Shown: positions 50,661 through 64,000 of the stretch, piece by piece
Position numbering within the stretch: position 1 is the stretch's first letter
Layout: every line of letters starts with the position of its first letter
Origin: Paragordius varius
Taxonomy: Eukaryota > Animalia > Nematomorpha
Reading direction: 5' to 3'
Assembly (NCBI GenBank): GCA_964247055.1
Contig: OZ176050.1
Span: 7,688,001-7,752,000 of the forward strand
Length of the DNA: 64,000 nt
Program-made: the position numbers and the translations under genes
The notes under the pieces: model-generated
Told to the model about the DNA's origin: nothing
Seen by the model: the letters and a program-made list of their open reading frames with translations, nothing else
Databases searched by the model: none

Positions 50661-53600
50661 ATGACAAAGTCTCACTTGCTCAAGGAGTTGGCTGATGGAA
50701 TTACAAACCATATTAATTTAAACGAAATTAGAATTATAATTGCCTCTGGGGCAGATATTAATGGAATAGTTACGCTAGGTCTACGCCCGATTCATTTTGC
50801 TGTTTATGAGAAGGATTATGAATGCGTTAAATTGTTATTGGTATGTTTTATATTGTAATAGCAGATATGATTTAGTGGTTTAGTGCTGTTAATTTTTTTT
50901 ATTTCTATAAAATTTAAATATAATTAACTATTTAAATTGTTATTAATATATATAAAGGATTATTCCTTTTAGATTGTGTCAATACTCTGCTATTTTATTA
51001 TTAGCATATGAATTGGCCATATTAACGTAATGTTAAACAATTTAGCTGTTTCAATTTATAAATAATGGTTACATGAATAAATTAATTTATGTGTAAGGAT
51101 TAGGGTTGTGCAGTGGACTGCTTTTTCAAAAAAGTCTTGTCAGACCATGATCATGAATACTTTTTAAAAATTTGTTATCTATTATTTTGGTAAAACTATA
51201 AAAAATTGTAATATTAACAAAAATTTCTTAGTCAAATAAATATCATGCCATATTGAAGATTATGAAAATATTTAAACATTTTTTTGTTATTTATTATTTA
51301 CAAATATATTCAATCAAATTGAAGAATGTGCATTAAATATTAAAAAGTTATAATATAATGTTTTCATCCTCCTCAGACACTTACTAATAGATACTATCCT
51401 TTTTCGGAAATTATATGTATTAATTCTTTCATCATACAATCTATTATAAGGGTTTTAAATGTATTTTTGCATCGAAAAACTTCTTTCGGCTGCACTGCTT
51501 GAAGCAGAAATATATATTACTTTTGCACAAGATGGGATAAGATTGTATAGTCAGTAAATGTGTTGACAAATTTTCAAAATTCACTAACCCCTAAGCTTTC
51601 ATATTTAATGAGTATAAAAGGCCCGGTTTTTGTAATATAATATATAAACTGTGGGTAAATCTATTCAAAAGAACATTGATAATTTGTGCACAAAGTATGA
51701 AGTATATTGCATAAGACGATTCCTCGCTTGTTAAATCATTCTTTCGACCTGGTAGTAAATTAGACAAAATAACTAAATTAGTGATCGCTTGCTCCTCACG
51801 CTTATTAAACAAATCAATAGCTTCATCGTTTTGGTAGCAAAATATATCAAGTTTTTAAATAAATTTATGGAATGGTACCAAATATTAAGGATACCAGGTC
51901 GAAAGAATGATTTAACAAGCGAGGAATCGTCTTATGCAATTAATATACTTCAAACTTTGTGCACAAATTATCAATATTCCTTTGAATAGATTTACCCACA
52001 GTTTATATATTGTATTACAAAAACCGGGCCTTTTATGCACATTAAATATGAAAGCTTAGGGTTTACTGAATTTTGGAAATTTGTCAGCACATTTACTGAC
52101 TATAAAATCTTATCCCATCTTGTGCAAAAATTAATATATATTTCTGCTTCAAGCAGTGTAGCCGAAGAAGTTTTTCGATGCAAAAATACATTTACAATCC
52201 TTATAGGAATCGATTAGATGAGGAAATAATCAATAAACTTATGTCCATTAAGTATAATCTCCGAAAAGACATAGAATGTATTAGTGAGTCTGAAAAGAAT
52301 AAGGACATTATATTATAACTTTTTAAGATTTTGTGTATATATTTTTCATAAATTCTTGATTGAATTTGATCGAATATATTTGTAAATAATAAATGAAAAA
52401 AATGTATAAATATTTAAATCTATTAAGAAAAATCATGCCATTATTGATGAAACGCAAGTGTCGTTCGAGCATTTAGCATTTTCATAATCTCCAATATCGC
52501 ATGATATTTGCTATTTTTGTTAATATTACAATTTTTTTACAGTTTTACCAAAATAATTGATAACAAATTTATAAAAAGTGGTCATGACCATGGTCTCATC
52601 GGTTCTGACCGGACTTTTTAGAAAAAGCAGTCAAATGCACACCCCTAATCTACATCCAGTATTTGATTAATATATGATCTGTTTTTACTGAGTCAAAAAA
52701 TTTTTTTATATAGGATCAATTGCCATTTCTTGAACGGCTATTTTTCCATCAATAAAAGGGTTAGTTATGGTATAATATCATGTTATTGTCCAAGAATTTA
52801 GTATCAGTGCTTTTGCATTATTTTGGATGCTTTGAGATTTTTCATGAGACTTATTAGATATTGATAGCTTCCATATTTAAGTTTCCGGTATATCATTTAA
52901 CTCAATGAAATCTTTAATTTAGCTATTTATAATATGGCATTGTCATCCATGCCATACTATATTCGGGTATTTATTAGAAATTAGTTTTTTAGCGGCCTTC
53001 ATATTCGCCGCATTATCCGATACAAAGGCCTTTACTTTTGATGAACCAATATCATTCATAACTGGGTTCATAATATTCAAAATATATTCTGCTGTTTTCT
53101 TTCAAATCCACTATCTATTGATTTTATAACAAAGGGATGTTTGAGTACGAATCGACAATCAAAGTAATGTTGTTGTTTTTACAAATTGAGCTAATTTCTT
53201 TCGTATTATGTCTTTATAACATTCATCAAGTAATTCCACTTGGATGGAAGTTGGTAATTAGGATGCAAACTTTTAACGAAATTATAGAAATGGTTAAATT
53301 GAGAGAATTACGCATTATATATTAAATTTATTTGAAATTAAGCTAAAATGCGTATATGTTAATAATATACCTAGTATTGATAAACCTAGTTATTTTGCTT
53401 CTTAATTATTGTTTAATGATATTATTGATGGACACGAATAAATTTACAAATAAATGCAAAATTTTTTATATTAATGATATTATTGATCACTTTATTTTAT
53501 AGATTCGGGGATGTGATGTAAATGTTAAAGATGATATCGGTTATACCCCACTTCATATGGCCAGTGAGCGAGGTCATGTGGAAATCGTTAAAATTTTGGT

Positions 53601-54758
53601 GGAATATGGAGCCAAAGTTGATTTCGTTCAACCAAAAGAAAATCATTCCACCACAGTTGTTGACAATCCTTTGCGCCTGGCAATCAAAAATAAAAATTAT
53701 GAAGTTGCTCTATTCTTGCTTCAACATAAAGCTGATCCCAATCGTACCTATTTTTTAGGTTTGGTTTTTTAGATTTAGATTGGTTGACATGTAAATATTT
53801 ATATCCGTTTTTGAAGTTTTAAGCGGAATTGATAATAAGAATAAAACATATATCTAAAGTTATCTGAAAAATTACAAAACATCATTTTTACATACAAAAC
53901 TTAATATGTACGCCAATAAAATAATATTAGCTACTGAAATAAATTTGTTGGATCCCATATATGATTACATGTATATGGAATTGCTCTTGCGCTTTGGTGC
54001 TGATCCCAACGCTCTGGATCGTCATGGATTGAACTGTCTTCATAAGGCTTGTAAGCTAACACCCCTACCCTTCCAAATCAAACAGGTCATTTCTGCTATC
54101 GAGCTCCTTGTTAACTTTGGAGCTGATGTGAATGCTCAAGCTTCGGAAAAACATGAATTTAAGTAAACAATTTAAACATAGAATTTAATGTTCGACATTT
54201 ATATATATATATATATATATATAACTCGCGTTTACCTTTATTAAACATGAACGAATCGCATTTACTATTTATCTATTCATTATTAATTAATTAATTAATT
54301 ACCCTTAGTTTTTAAAAATCAATGTAATAGATATAATAGTATCAAACTACAAAAAAATAGGGCTTACATGGACGTACTTTTTTGGGGCATTTAATTTTAT
54401 TAATTACACTTACTAAAATTTCGTTTTTGTTTTATTATTCGATTTATTTATGCTTTAAATTTAAAAATAAGTTTTATAATTTATAAAAAAAGTTTTGGAA
54501 TGTATTATAGATAAATCATATATTCAATAATAATTTTTTAATGTTCCAAAATTGAATTAACTTGTGTGCAATAAGCGTTTCCGTAATTTAATAAAATTTT
54601 TACATTAAAGCGCCATTAATAGGTGCGCAAAATTTTGACAATACTTTGATTTTAATCCAAATATATAATTAATGCATTTCAGACTCGATTCTTTACCGCA
54701 TAATACTGGTTAGTTTCTTTGCCCCAAAATATTAAATACCACATTTTTAACCTAGTTA

Positions 54759-54789
<31 letters not shown>

Positions 54790-56936
54790 GTATGCATTTT
54801 AATGGTTTCTTATTTCACAGTGTAGTTGGGCAATTTGCAACACACTGTATGGTAAGAAGAAAGTAAAAAGTTCTTTATTCCATATTTGATTGTTTTTCTG
54901 TACACTACTGTGTTGCGAAATGCTCAACTATAGTGTGACATAACAATTAATAGACATATTATATATATATATATATATATATTCGCTATAGGACACCCCT
55001 CCATTTTGCTATCATATCTATTGGGAGGATAAAGCATCTAACTATCCCAGATTACAAATTATTGTGTGAAGATTTTTCATCGGATTATCCATGCACTCTC
55101 GATGAGTTAACCTCATCGTCCCTCGAGGTTATGAAGTATTTGATTGAAAATGTTGGAGCAAATATTAATATGCCTCCTGATTACATACATCCTGATCCAT
55201 TGTGTTTTGCCATACTTAAATCACGTTGTGATATTGTCGAATATTTGTGTCAAAGGGGCGCCGACATTAATCGCTTTTGTGAAACGATTGGTGGGGCACC
55301 CTTGCACATTGTGTGCAGTAATGAGATTGCAACTCCACAACTGCAATGTCAAATGTTGGCTACTCTTTTACACTATGGTACGATACATTGAATGATGTTT
55401 TTTTTGTTTACGCATAAAAATGTTTGCGATTGAAAGAATAAGCATGAAATTTTATGTTAACTGTTTTAAGCCATTTTATCCGTTGTATGAACATGCTAAG
55501 TGAAGAGTTTTGTGTTTATGTACACATTCATTGATATTAATTCTTATTAATTGAGACATAATTTAAATTCATTATTCATGATTATACGAATTGGCTTTAT
55601 TTTATATTAAAACTTTTGTTTAGGAGCTGATCCTAATGCCTATTACACATCATCAGAAATGTATGATTATTCCAGCAATGACAACACCTCAACCAGTAAT
55701 GTTTGGTCCCCCTTAGTCGAATATCTTAGCGTTAATAATGAAAAAGATATAAATTTTGTTAGAATACTTTTATCGTATGGGGCTCAAGCAACTTTTCGTA
55801 TGCCTTCATTCGATTATAGGTTAAAAATATAGGTGTCTTTAAATTAGTTATGATATGATATTTTACACCATAATTGTTTTTTATATTTTTAAAACTTGCA
55901 AAATATATAATGGCCAATTTTTTCTTAAAATTAATCTATTCCTAAAAGAAAGTTTTTACGTTTCCTGGATTTATTTTACATTTAAGAAATTATTTTGTTA
56001 ATAAACCCGCGACTTAACAAAATTATTTAGATATCTTACTAAAGAATCTATAAATTAAAATATTTTATATGTTTTGTTTTTGAAAATATACACCAGTCGA
56101 ATAAATATATATATAAACATTTAAAAACATAATAAACGGCGCCAACCATTTTAGGTATGATTGTATGTAAAATAGGTTAAAAATTAATATTACTTAAATT
56201 TTATTATTCTCATTACTTGTTAACTTTATTTGATTCTTACCGATGGGTACACTAGTATCTGTAATTTTTGCTTGGGTTATTTAATTTTCCTAATTATTAG
56301 ACTCATTAATGTAAAATTGAAATTTCACCAATTACTTAGTTTTTTATTTATACAATATTTAAAAAACGACCGTTTAAGTAAAATTATATGTTATATAAAT
56401 CGTTGATATACTTCTTTAAGTTTTGCGTATATCAGATTGTACGCAACATACTTTTTAGCTCATACGATTTTGATCCAAATTATACGCCTAAGGTTTCATA
56501 TTCATTTACGCGGTCTCTTGGATATTTTGTTTGTGTTCATTCTAGTTATGATTTGTTTTTATCGCTAACAAGACTATTAACACTATAATCCCATTCTCAT
56601 AAATATAAAATATAAATTAATATACGGTAAAATTATTATATATTTTCATTATTAAGGGGAGTACTCAGATCATTGCATAGGTTGAATCGTTACCCTGACA
56701 TTTTTGCCCTTGTTTTGGAAAATGGTCAAAACTTTGATATAGATGCGATTAGAAGGAGAAAACTTATTTTACCTCAACACTTAACACAATTGTATGCTCA
56801 TATAAAATATCCGTGCTCTTTGAAACATTTGACAAGACTTTGCATTAAAAATCATCTCAAGGTTCGCATACCAGAAAAACTTAAATCGATTCCACAATTA
56901 CCCGATAGTTTGAGACAATATCTTTTATGTATATAA
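50661..56936 (+). CDS. Ankyrin repeat and SOCS box-containing protein (ASB family)
   Basis: Exons 50661-50840, 53503-53758, 53931-54162, 54992-55377, 55624-55819 and 56657-56936 with consistent phases. Multiple ankyrin repeats (GYTPLHMA, GADPN, GADVN, GAPLHIVC). C-terminal SOCS box PCSLKHLTRLCIKNHL...LPDSLRQYLL. Confidence 0.92.
51101..52647. mobile_element. Palindrome of two head-to-head 3' ends of an Ac-type hAT element (ASB intron 1)
   Basis: Arms ~51101-51770 and ~51890-52647 are diverged inverted copies with TAGGG(G/T)TGTGCA termini. Each arm carries hAT C-terminal dimerisation remnants (EFWK..YKILSHLVQKLIYISASSSVAEEVF). Confidence 0.85.
52700..53200 (-). mobile_element. hAT transposase catalytic-core remnant (DUF659-like)
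   Basis: Minus strand reads KTAEYILNIMNPVMNDIGSSKVKAFVSDNAANMKAAKKLISNKYPNIVWHG*QCHIIN. Confidence 0.8.
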
Positions 56937-58510
56937 TAATGTTAAAAACTCATTACTATGCAGTCATATGTAAATTTATTATGCATAAATTATTCGTATA
57001 AATACTGAGTATTAATTGCTTTCAAAGCATATAATATTTTTATTTTTTTATTTAGAGTTAGAAACAATAAATAATATATTTATCATATTTTTCGTAATTG
57101 CTATATTCATTTTTTCGCTTATCAAACTTGATTAGGACAATAATTTTAGAAGTGTTAAAACTTTAAAAATTTTCTTACCATATCGGAAATCGCATAAAAC
57201 AGCCTGAGAACTAACACCTTGTTCTAATGTCGTTTAACACTTCATTCTCTTTTTGTTTTTTGTAGACGATTACATTGGGTAGTCTTGTGATGTGACACAG
57301 GGCTTAAGCTTGTAAATAAACTATTGTCTTGAAAGTTGTTTTGGCTAAAATTTTATTGTTTAACATTGTTGTTTTGTATTAGATTAAAAGCATATATTTT
57401 TTACGGTTTATCGGATGGCTCCAAAACACGATTGAAACAAAAAAATTTTAAAATCAAAATTTATTAAATATTGGCTGGTAAATTAATTTTAATCTTTCCA
57501 AATAGCGATTTAAATAAATCCAAAAAAATGGCGGCGAAAATAATATATGAATCATGCGCCCAAAAGTTAGAGAAATCATATTTTTTATTTTAACCTTATA
57601 ATTTTTAAGATATTAAATTTAATGGCTCTGTGGTGGGAAGCTACTCCAAAAGAAATGAAGTGTTCATCCTCTTCTCAGAACAATAAAAAAATTGTTCGCC
57701 CAAGATTAGTTACAAATTTGTAGTGTTATATATTGGCGAATTTTTTTTATAATTTGAGAATGTATATATCGAGGCATCTATGTGAACAATATTAAATGTA
57801 TTTAATTCTTGTACGGTGTCGGTATAATGCCCTACATCTTAAAATACGCGACAAATTCGCTTTCATTTGAAAGCATGGGCAGGTGATAAATCTATTTTAT
57901 CTTTATAAGGCATATATATGAGGCGTATATGAAACCAAAGATAATTATAACATTGACTATTTAAAACGCATGGATTGTAAATAATTAAACTGACCAGATG
58001 ATTTTTGATGCAAGATTTAATTTGATAAGAGAAAATATAAAACACATTATCAATCACAAAAAACATATTTAAAGGAGTTACTACTCTACGATGTAAGTCG
58101 AGTGTTATTAGTAATTGGTTTTACAATTTTGTGAGATACTTACCTAATTTGTATAATTTTTGATAACATTATCTTACAATTAAAAACGAGGAGTTTGAAC
58201 CAGGCCGAAAAAAAGTGGAACTAGAATCGGTTGGTTTTTTAAAATATAATGGTTCCGGAACCGGTTAGTCACAATTGGAACTGGTTCCCAAGTTGGTTCC
58301 TGATATTTATAAGATAATTTTTAGCACACTTTTATTATAAAATAAATTATTTAAAATATCAAAGAAGATATAGAATAAAATGCATAACTAAAAAATCTTT
58401 ATTGAGTTTTAAAAAATCTATAGAGTAAGCGATTTCGTGCGCAAAATACTTTTAAAATTGGAAAATAAATGATTTAAAAGCAAAATTTGATCGACGACAT
58501 ATATTATATA

Positions 58511-61106
58511 CTAGCTGGCCCTGTCAGCTTCGCGGTGACTTAGTCTCACCAATAATTTTACTTAATAGTTTTTAATAAATAGAGGTAGAGATATAAAAAT
58601 AATAAAAAACATATTTAATAAAAAAATGTCTTTAATTATTCTTTTACGGGTTTTTACAGAGGCTCATATTGTTTACTTGAAATTGACCATATTTAAACCT
58701 CTTAAAGTTAAATTCAATTATAATTGGATTTTTAAAATTTTCGTTTTACCAAATCATGGTTAAAAGTTTTATTTTGAATTGTGTACACACAGCTGGGATC
58801 AAGGGTTATAAAAAGTAAATTATTTGTGGTCCCTTTTTAAAGGAAAGAATGATATCAATTCCCCAGAAATGTGTTTATCTGAACTCGTATGGCATCTTAA
58901 GTTTTTTGAAAATTAGCTCCAAAACCATGCCATTTTTGTATGGCGTCTCTGTTTTAAACCGCTAGACCCCTACCCATAAACCTATATAGAAAAAGCGCAG
59001 AGTTAAATTCTTTGCTTTTATAGGGCAAATATTTGGAATCATCTTTGATACCATAGTCTCATGGGTTGTTCGAACAAATAACTTAACACTGGCATAAAGG
59101 CCCCAAATTAACGACTAACGCCTGACCCTAATTTTTACCTGGTTGCGGGTAATATTCAAGCTTTTTATGATCTCATATGGCTTCAGAAATATATCTGTAA
59201 ATTAGTTCCAAAACAACACCATTTCTATATAGTGGCGCACTTACCCAGGGACAAAAAGCGTTGGGCAAAATTTTTGCCTTTATAGAGGGAAAATCTGGAA
59301 TTATCATGGATTCTATATGTTCTTATTAGTCTCATGGGTTTTCTGAATTTTGGCTCCAAAGGCGTGCTGTATCGATATGGCGACGCAGTTACGCGGGTAA
59401 CCAGGGGCGAAACAAAAAAACGCTCGATTATAATTTTGCCTTAATTCGGGTAATACCTGGAATCATGATTGATTCCATATGTTCTCGTGGGATGTTCGAA
59501 AAATTGCCTTAACCAATAAGTCATTCGATGGTGGCGCATTTTCAGGAGACGGGCCTAAAGGGGTAATTTAATAAAACCGCTCTACTTAAATTTTTACCTT
59601 TTTACGGGTAATATTTCCCCCAATTGAACTCATATGATTTAATAAGTTTTATAAAATTTGCCTCCAAAGTCACGCTGTAAATGGTGGCGCAGCTGTAGGC
59701 GGTTAGCCCCCTACCCAGAGGCCAATATAAAAAGACGTTTGATAAAAAATTTTGTCTGTATAGAGGAATAACTGGAATCATCATTCATTCCACATGTTCA
59801 TAATAGTTTTTGGAAGAATGGCTTCTTAATTAAATAAGTCATTATATGGTGGTGCATTTTCTGGGTATGGGCCTAGTTAAGGGGTAAAATAAAACCGCTC
59901 CACTAAAATTTTGCCTTTTTACATGTAATATTTAAAGCCCTTATTGAAATCATATGGCCTGATAAGTTTTTTAAAATTTGCCTCCAAAGCATGCTGTATC
60001 GATATAGGGGCGCAGTTGTAGGCGGGTAGCCCCCTACCCAGAGGCTGAAAACCGCTTGATAAAAATTTTTGTTTACAGAGAATACCTGGAATTATCATTT
60101 ATTCCTTATTTTCTTAATAGTTTTTCGAAGAATGGGTTCAAAACTAAAAAATAGTACAAGGATAGCGCATTTTTAGGGCGTAAAGGGCCTAACTAACGGC
60201 TAATTTTTAAACCTCGATGCCTGATAACTTTTCTGAAAATCAACTCCTAAACAACGCAATTTTGATATGGTGCAGCAGTTTTAGGCGGGTAGCTCCCTAC
60301 GCAGAGGCTGATACAAACAAGGCGCTTGATTAAAATTTTTGCCTTTTTACGGATAAAACCTGGAATCATGAATGATTCTATATGCTCTCATTAGTTTTTG
60401 TAAAAATTCCCTCAAAATTAAAAAATCATTCTATGGTGGCCCATTTTTCAGGGCATGAATGGCCTAATTAACGGCTAATAAAACGCACGGCATAAATTTT
60501 TGCCTTGCGGTAAATTTTAAGCAGCTATTAAGCTCATATGGCCTGAAAAGTTCTCTGAAATTTAGCCCCAAAGTCACGCTATTTCGATATAAAGGGGCAG
60601 TTTTTAGCAGGTATCTCCTTACCCATCAGCCAATATAAAAAACATCCACGGCTAAAATGTTTGCCTTTTAACAGGAAATACCTGGAATCCTCATTGAATT
60701 TTTACGGTCTCATACCTTGCGCGAAAAATATTTTTCTGGACTAATTTTTGAAAAAATGGCATTTTACGGGCGGAAGGATAAAAAAAGGGCCCATCTAAAA
60801 AAAGCGACCCTACTATGTTCAGCGCAATCAAAAGTAAGTAAAAAAAATCATATTTCCAACACGTTTTCCGGAAAATTGTCTCAAAGACACGATATTTGTG
60901 GGCTTGTGTTTTCAAAAAAAATTGTTGCGGAGAGGGCCTGAACTAGGGGCCTAATTCAAAAAAGGACGAAGCTATTGTCGGGGCATTCATTAATGATTAT
61001 GTTTTTTCGACATATGGATTTGAATGGATATACTGGTTTTCCGGAAACAGACAAAGCCAGCATTTTCCATTTTCATAAATATATAGATTATAACTTGAAT
61101 TGCTGA
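58511..61106 (-). mobile_element. Non-autonomous Helitron (long copy) with an internal tandem array
   Basis: On the minus strand the 5' end is A|TC at 61107/61106. The 3' end has a GCGAAGC-containing hairpin then CTAG|T at 58514-58510. No TSD. Internal GAATACCTGGAATCAT-marked units at ~59025, 59290, 59452, 59766, 60081, 60353 and 60677. Confidence 0.8.
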
Positions 61107-61614
61107 TACGGCCATTATAATGTTGAATTTATAAAAAAAAGGTAGGTAATCTCCATTATTTTGGCTGATGACGGAATCAATGAAGGTAATTTGTCAAATT
61201 CATAAGGTGTCTCTATATCAAGACTATTATTTTATAATTTTTATAACGGATATAAATTTAAACCTCTGTATTATTATATACTCATTCACAATAGTAAGGA
61301 CATTCTTTTATCAATGCGTTTGTACAGCAACCATAAATGCTAGCATATTCTTTTTCTTAAAATTTAGTTGATATTTGTATTGCGCTTCTGAATACACAGC
61401 GGTATAAACAATAGAAATTTTGATATTGTTCTTATCTTAAAAATCTAAAATAAGGAAACTTAATAGATGCAAAAATAACATTTTTTTCCTCATAATTTGG
61501 ACTGTGGACGGGAACTTTTCGTTAGAATTTTAAGAGCTGGGTAGTGGCTACATGTAGTTCCAAATGGCACCTTATTAAAAACTACTAAAACTCATTTGGT
61601 ATAATATAGCAAAA

Positions 61615-62890
61615 AAACTTTAACCTTCGGATTTGGGTTTAAGTTATATTGTTTTTTTAAGTTAACACAGGGATAAAACACATCCATTTTAGTCCTTCGA
61701 AATTGAGATAGTTGGATACCCCAGGCCTTTTTAAAATTATATAAAAAATATGGAATAAATTGAAACCATGGCAAAAATTTTCACATTTATAACAGGAACC
61801 GAATATAAAAAAAATTTATTTTAAAATACTTGATATTACTTATTTTTTGGCAAAACTTCAAGGTAAAAATTCAGTCAAATGACATATGTGCATAATCTAA
61901 ATCTAAAAATAATATAAAACAAACAACTTTTTCTGTTTCTATCAATGTAAGATGTAGTTTAAAGAAAAATTAGCTTTCATTTTAGATATAAAATAAACAT
62001 GATAATTTGCAAAAATGTTGTAAAATAAAAATGGCGTCGAAGTTTGATGTGGAACTTTTTTTGAAAACCAAATTTTATTTAGATATTTCGGCTTATTTAT
62101 ATAATTTTTATTAGGGTAGAATCATAAATTAAATTGGGTTTCAGTTGTTTTTTAAAAATTTAAACTTAAATATAGTCTGAAGTATTTAGATGCCCCAATT
62201 TGAATCAAAGTGTTAAAGGATAATTTAGGTTCCATTTCGAAATTTACAGTGTCTGATTTTATATAATAAATTAATTGACCAAATACTTTTGGGTTTTACC
62301 TTAACACTTGGATGCAACACATTCATTTTAGTCCTTCGATTCAAATTGGGGTAGTTGGATACGGCCTGTTTAAAATTAAAATCTTTAAATAATATGGAAG
62401 GAATCAAAACCATAGCAAAATTTTGCACTTATATAACATTAATAAACCGGAATATATAAAAAACATTTTTCAAAAATACTTGATAATACTTATTTTAAGC
62501 TAAAACCGAAAGGTAAAAATTTAGTCAACGTGGCATGCGTGCAATGGTAAAATTGAAAAATAATACGAAGTAACCAGCTTTTTCTATTTCTATCAATGTT
62601 AGATGTAATTTAAATAAAAAATTAGCTTTAATTTTACTCTTAAAATTAAATGAAGACGATATTTCGCAAAAAGTTTGCAAAATAAAAATGGCGTCCAAGT
62701 AGTTTGACATGGAAATTTTTTTTCAAAACAAAATTTTATTAAAATATTTTAGCCTATTTATATAATTTTATTGGGATAGAAGCATAAATTTAAATTAGGA
62801 ACGTTTCCTTCAGTAGTTTTTTTAAAATTTTGAATTTAATTTGGTCTGGGATATTTAGATACCCCAAATTGAATCGAAGTGTTCAAAATG
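61615..62890. repeat. Two diverged tandem ~640-bp copies of a MITE-like element, plus an inverted fragment at ~63005-63035
   Basis: TTTTAGTCCTTCGA...GATAGTTGGATAC at ~61690 and ~62328; AAAATGGCGTC at ~62028 and ~62685; CCCCAA(A/T)TTGAATC at ~62194 and ~62853. Confidence 0.75.
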
Positions 62891-63174
62891 ATAATATTAA
62901 GTATTTTTAAATAAATAAATTTATTTTTCGATTTTTGGTTCTTAATGTTATATAAGTGCAACTTTACCTATGGATTTAATTCCGTCCCTATTTTCTGAAG
63001 GACTGAGGTATCCAACTACCCTAATTTGAATTGAAAGAGGAAATGAATCTGTTGTATCCAATTGTTATGTAAATAGCCTGCTTTCGTTTGATAAATATAA
63101 ATTATTTTGCATGTGTAACGATTATTTCCAATCATATGTATTATGTATGAACAAGATACAATGGTTGAAGAATA

Positions 63175-64000
63175 ATGCTTGCGAGCGAAAAGGGATTTGA
63201 CACCAATATAAATATTAATATCAAGGAGGAAGATCAATCAGAAAGTAATGTTTCAGTAGAACAACCTGCCGCTATTAGTGTTCAGTTTAGTAATGACCAA
63301 CTACAATTGTTACGGAACCAGATTATGGCCTATAAGTTGCTAGCGCGAAATCAGCCAGTACCTGATCACATTATATCCTATTTTCAGCAAAGTTTAGCCA
63401 CCACTAACAGTAAAAATTGTTTAAAATTAAGGTGTAATAACTTCTTTTGAGTCCGAAATCCCCTCTAATGTTACCTCTACTAGTGATCAACAACAACAGC
63501 TTGTTTCAAGTCATATAAGTACAGCTTCATCTGTGCTATTAGGTACATATATTTTATTAATTATCTTTTAATAATTTTAGTTTATCCTACTTAAGATGCT
63601 CATTCTACTCTTTTCAAGCTTTCTGAATAAAATTAATTAAAATATGTTTAAACAAAGACGCATAATAATAGCCTCACCATTTTATTCAACGAAAATTAAA
63701 TATAAAAAAGTTAAATGATTTTGAAAGCTGTGGTCATAATTTTATGCAATTTAATCATATAATTGTTTATCATGGATATATTTGATAATTAAAATTAAGT
63801 TCTGACCGTGTATTATATATACTTGCTTATTTGTTCAGGTATGTTTTTACATTTTCGTACAAAATTAATAACAAGAGTCTTATAATATATTTCACCCCTG
63901 GTTTGAATATTTAATAATTATTTTTTTATTTAATATACATAGAACCGCAAAATGATTTGGCAAGTTTGATTATGGCGCAACAATATCAAAATAAAATTAC
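63175..64000 (+). CDS. SMARCA4: 5' part of the SWI/SNF ATPase brahma (SMARCA2/4), truncated by the window end
   Basis: QLQ domain FSNDQLQLLRNQIMAYKLLARNQPVPDHI. A later exon from ~63942, EPQNDLASLIMAQQYQNKI, resembles the segment (QKQNRITP) that precedes the HSA domain. QLQ alone is not fully diagnostic. Confidence 0.75.

Noticed and set aside
59602-60941. Short ORFs inside the Helitron
   Set aside because: No Rep or helicase motifs; incidental frames in repeat DNA.

Overview
This is AT-rich, intron-containing eukaryotic DNA, most likely from an invertebrate animal; the taxon cannot be fixed from this window. Hand-spliced gene models, in order: a secreted Pro/Gly/Phe-rich, mucin-like protein with a C-terminal LamG domain (+, 11755-16845); a DHRS11-like short-chain dehydrogenase (-, 22098-16971); intronless LYRM1 (+, 24922-25323); a greatly extended KCMF1 E3 ligase (+, 36645-49704); a pair of small single-TM ORFs joined by a TAATG stop/start overlap, the first PIGBOS1-like (-, 50152-49821); an ankyrin-repeat/SOCS-box protein (+, 50661-56936); and the 5' part of a brahma/SMARCA2/4 gene with a QLQ domain (+, from 63175, running off the window). 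Introns and intergenic DNA are full of DNA transposons. These include Buster-type hATs with 8-bp TSDs (one near-intact, broken only at a T8 run), an Ac-type hAT remnant forming a ~1.5 kb palindrome, non-autonomous Helitrons carrying tandem arrays, foldback MITEs, and mariner and RTE remnants. The two most notable observations are (1) the candidate bicistronic microprotein pair, not seen by the ORF track, and (2) ultra-short spliceosomal introns, including a 23-nt intron that is required to give the conserved KCMF1 N-terminus. All family assignments come from recalled motifs, not database searches, and exon boundaries are manual predictions.
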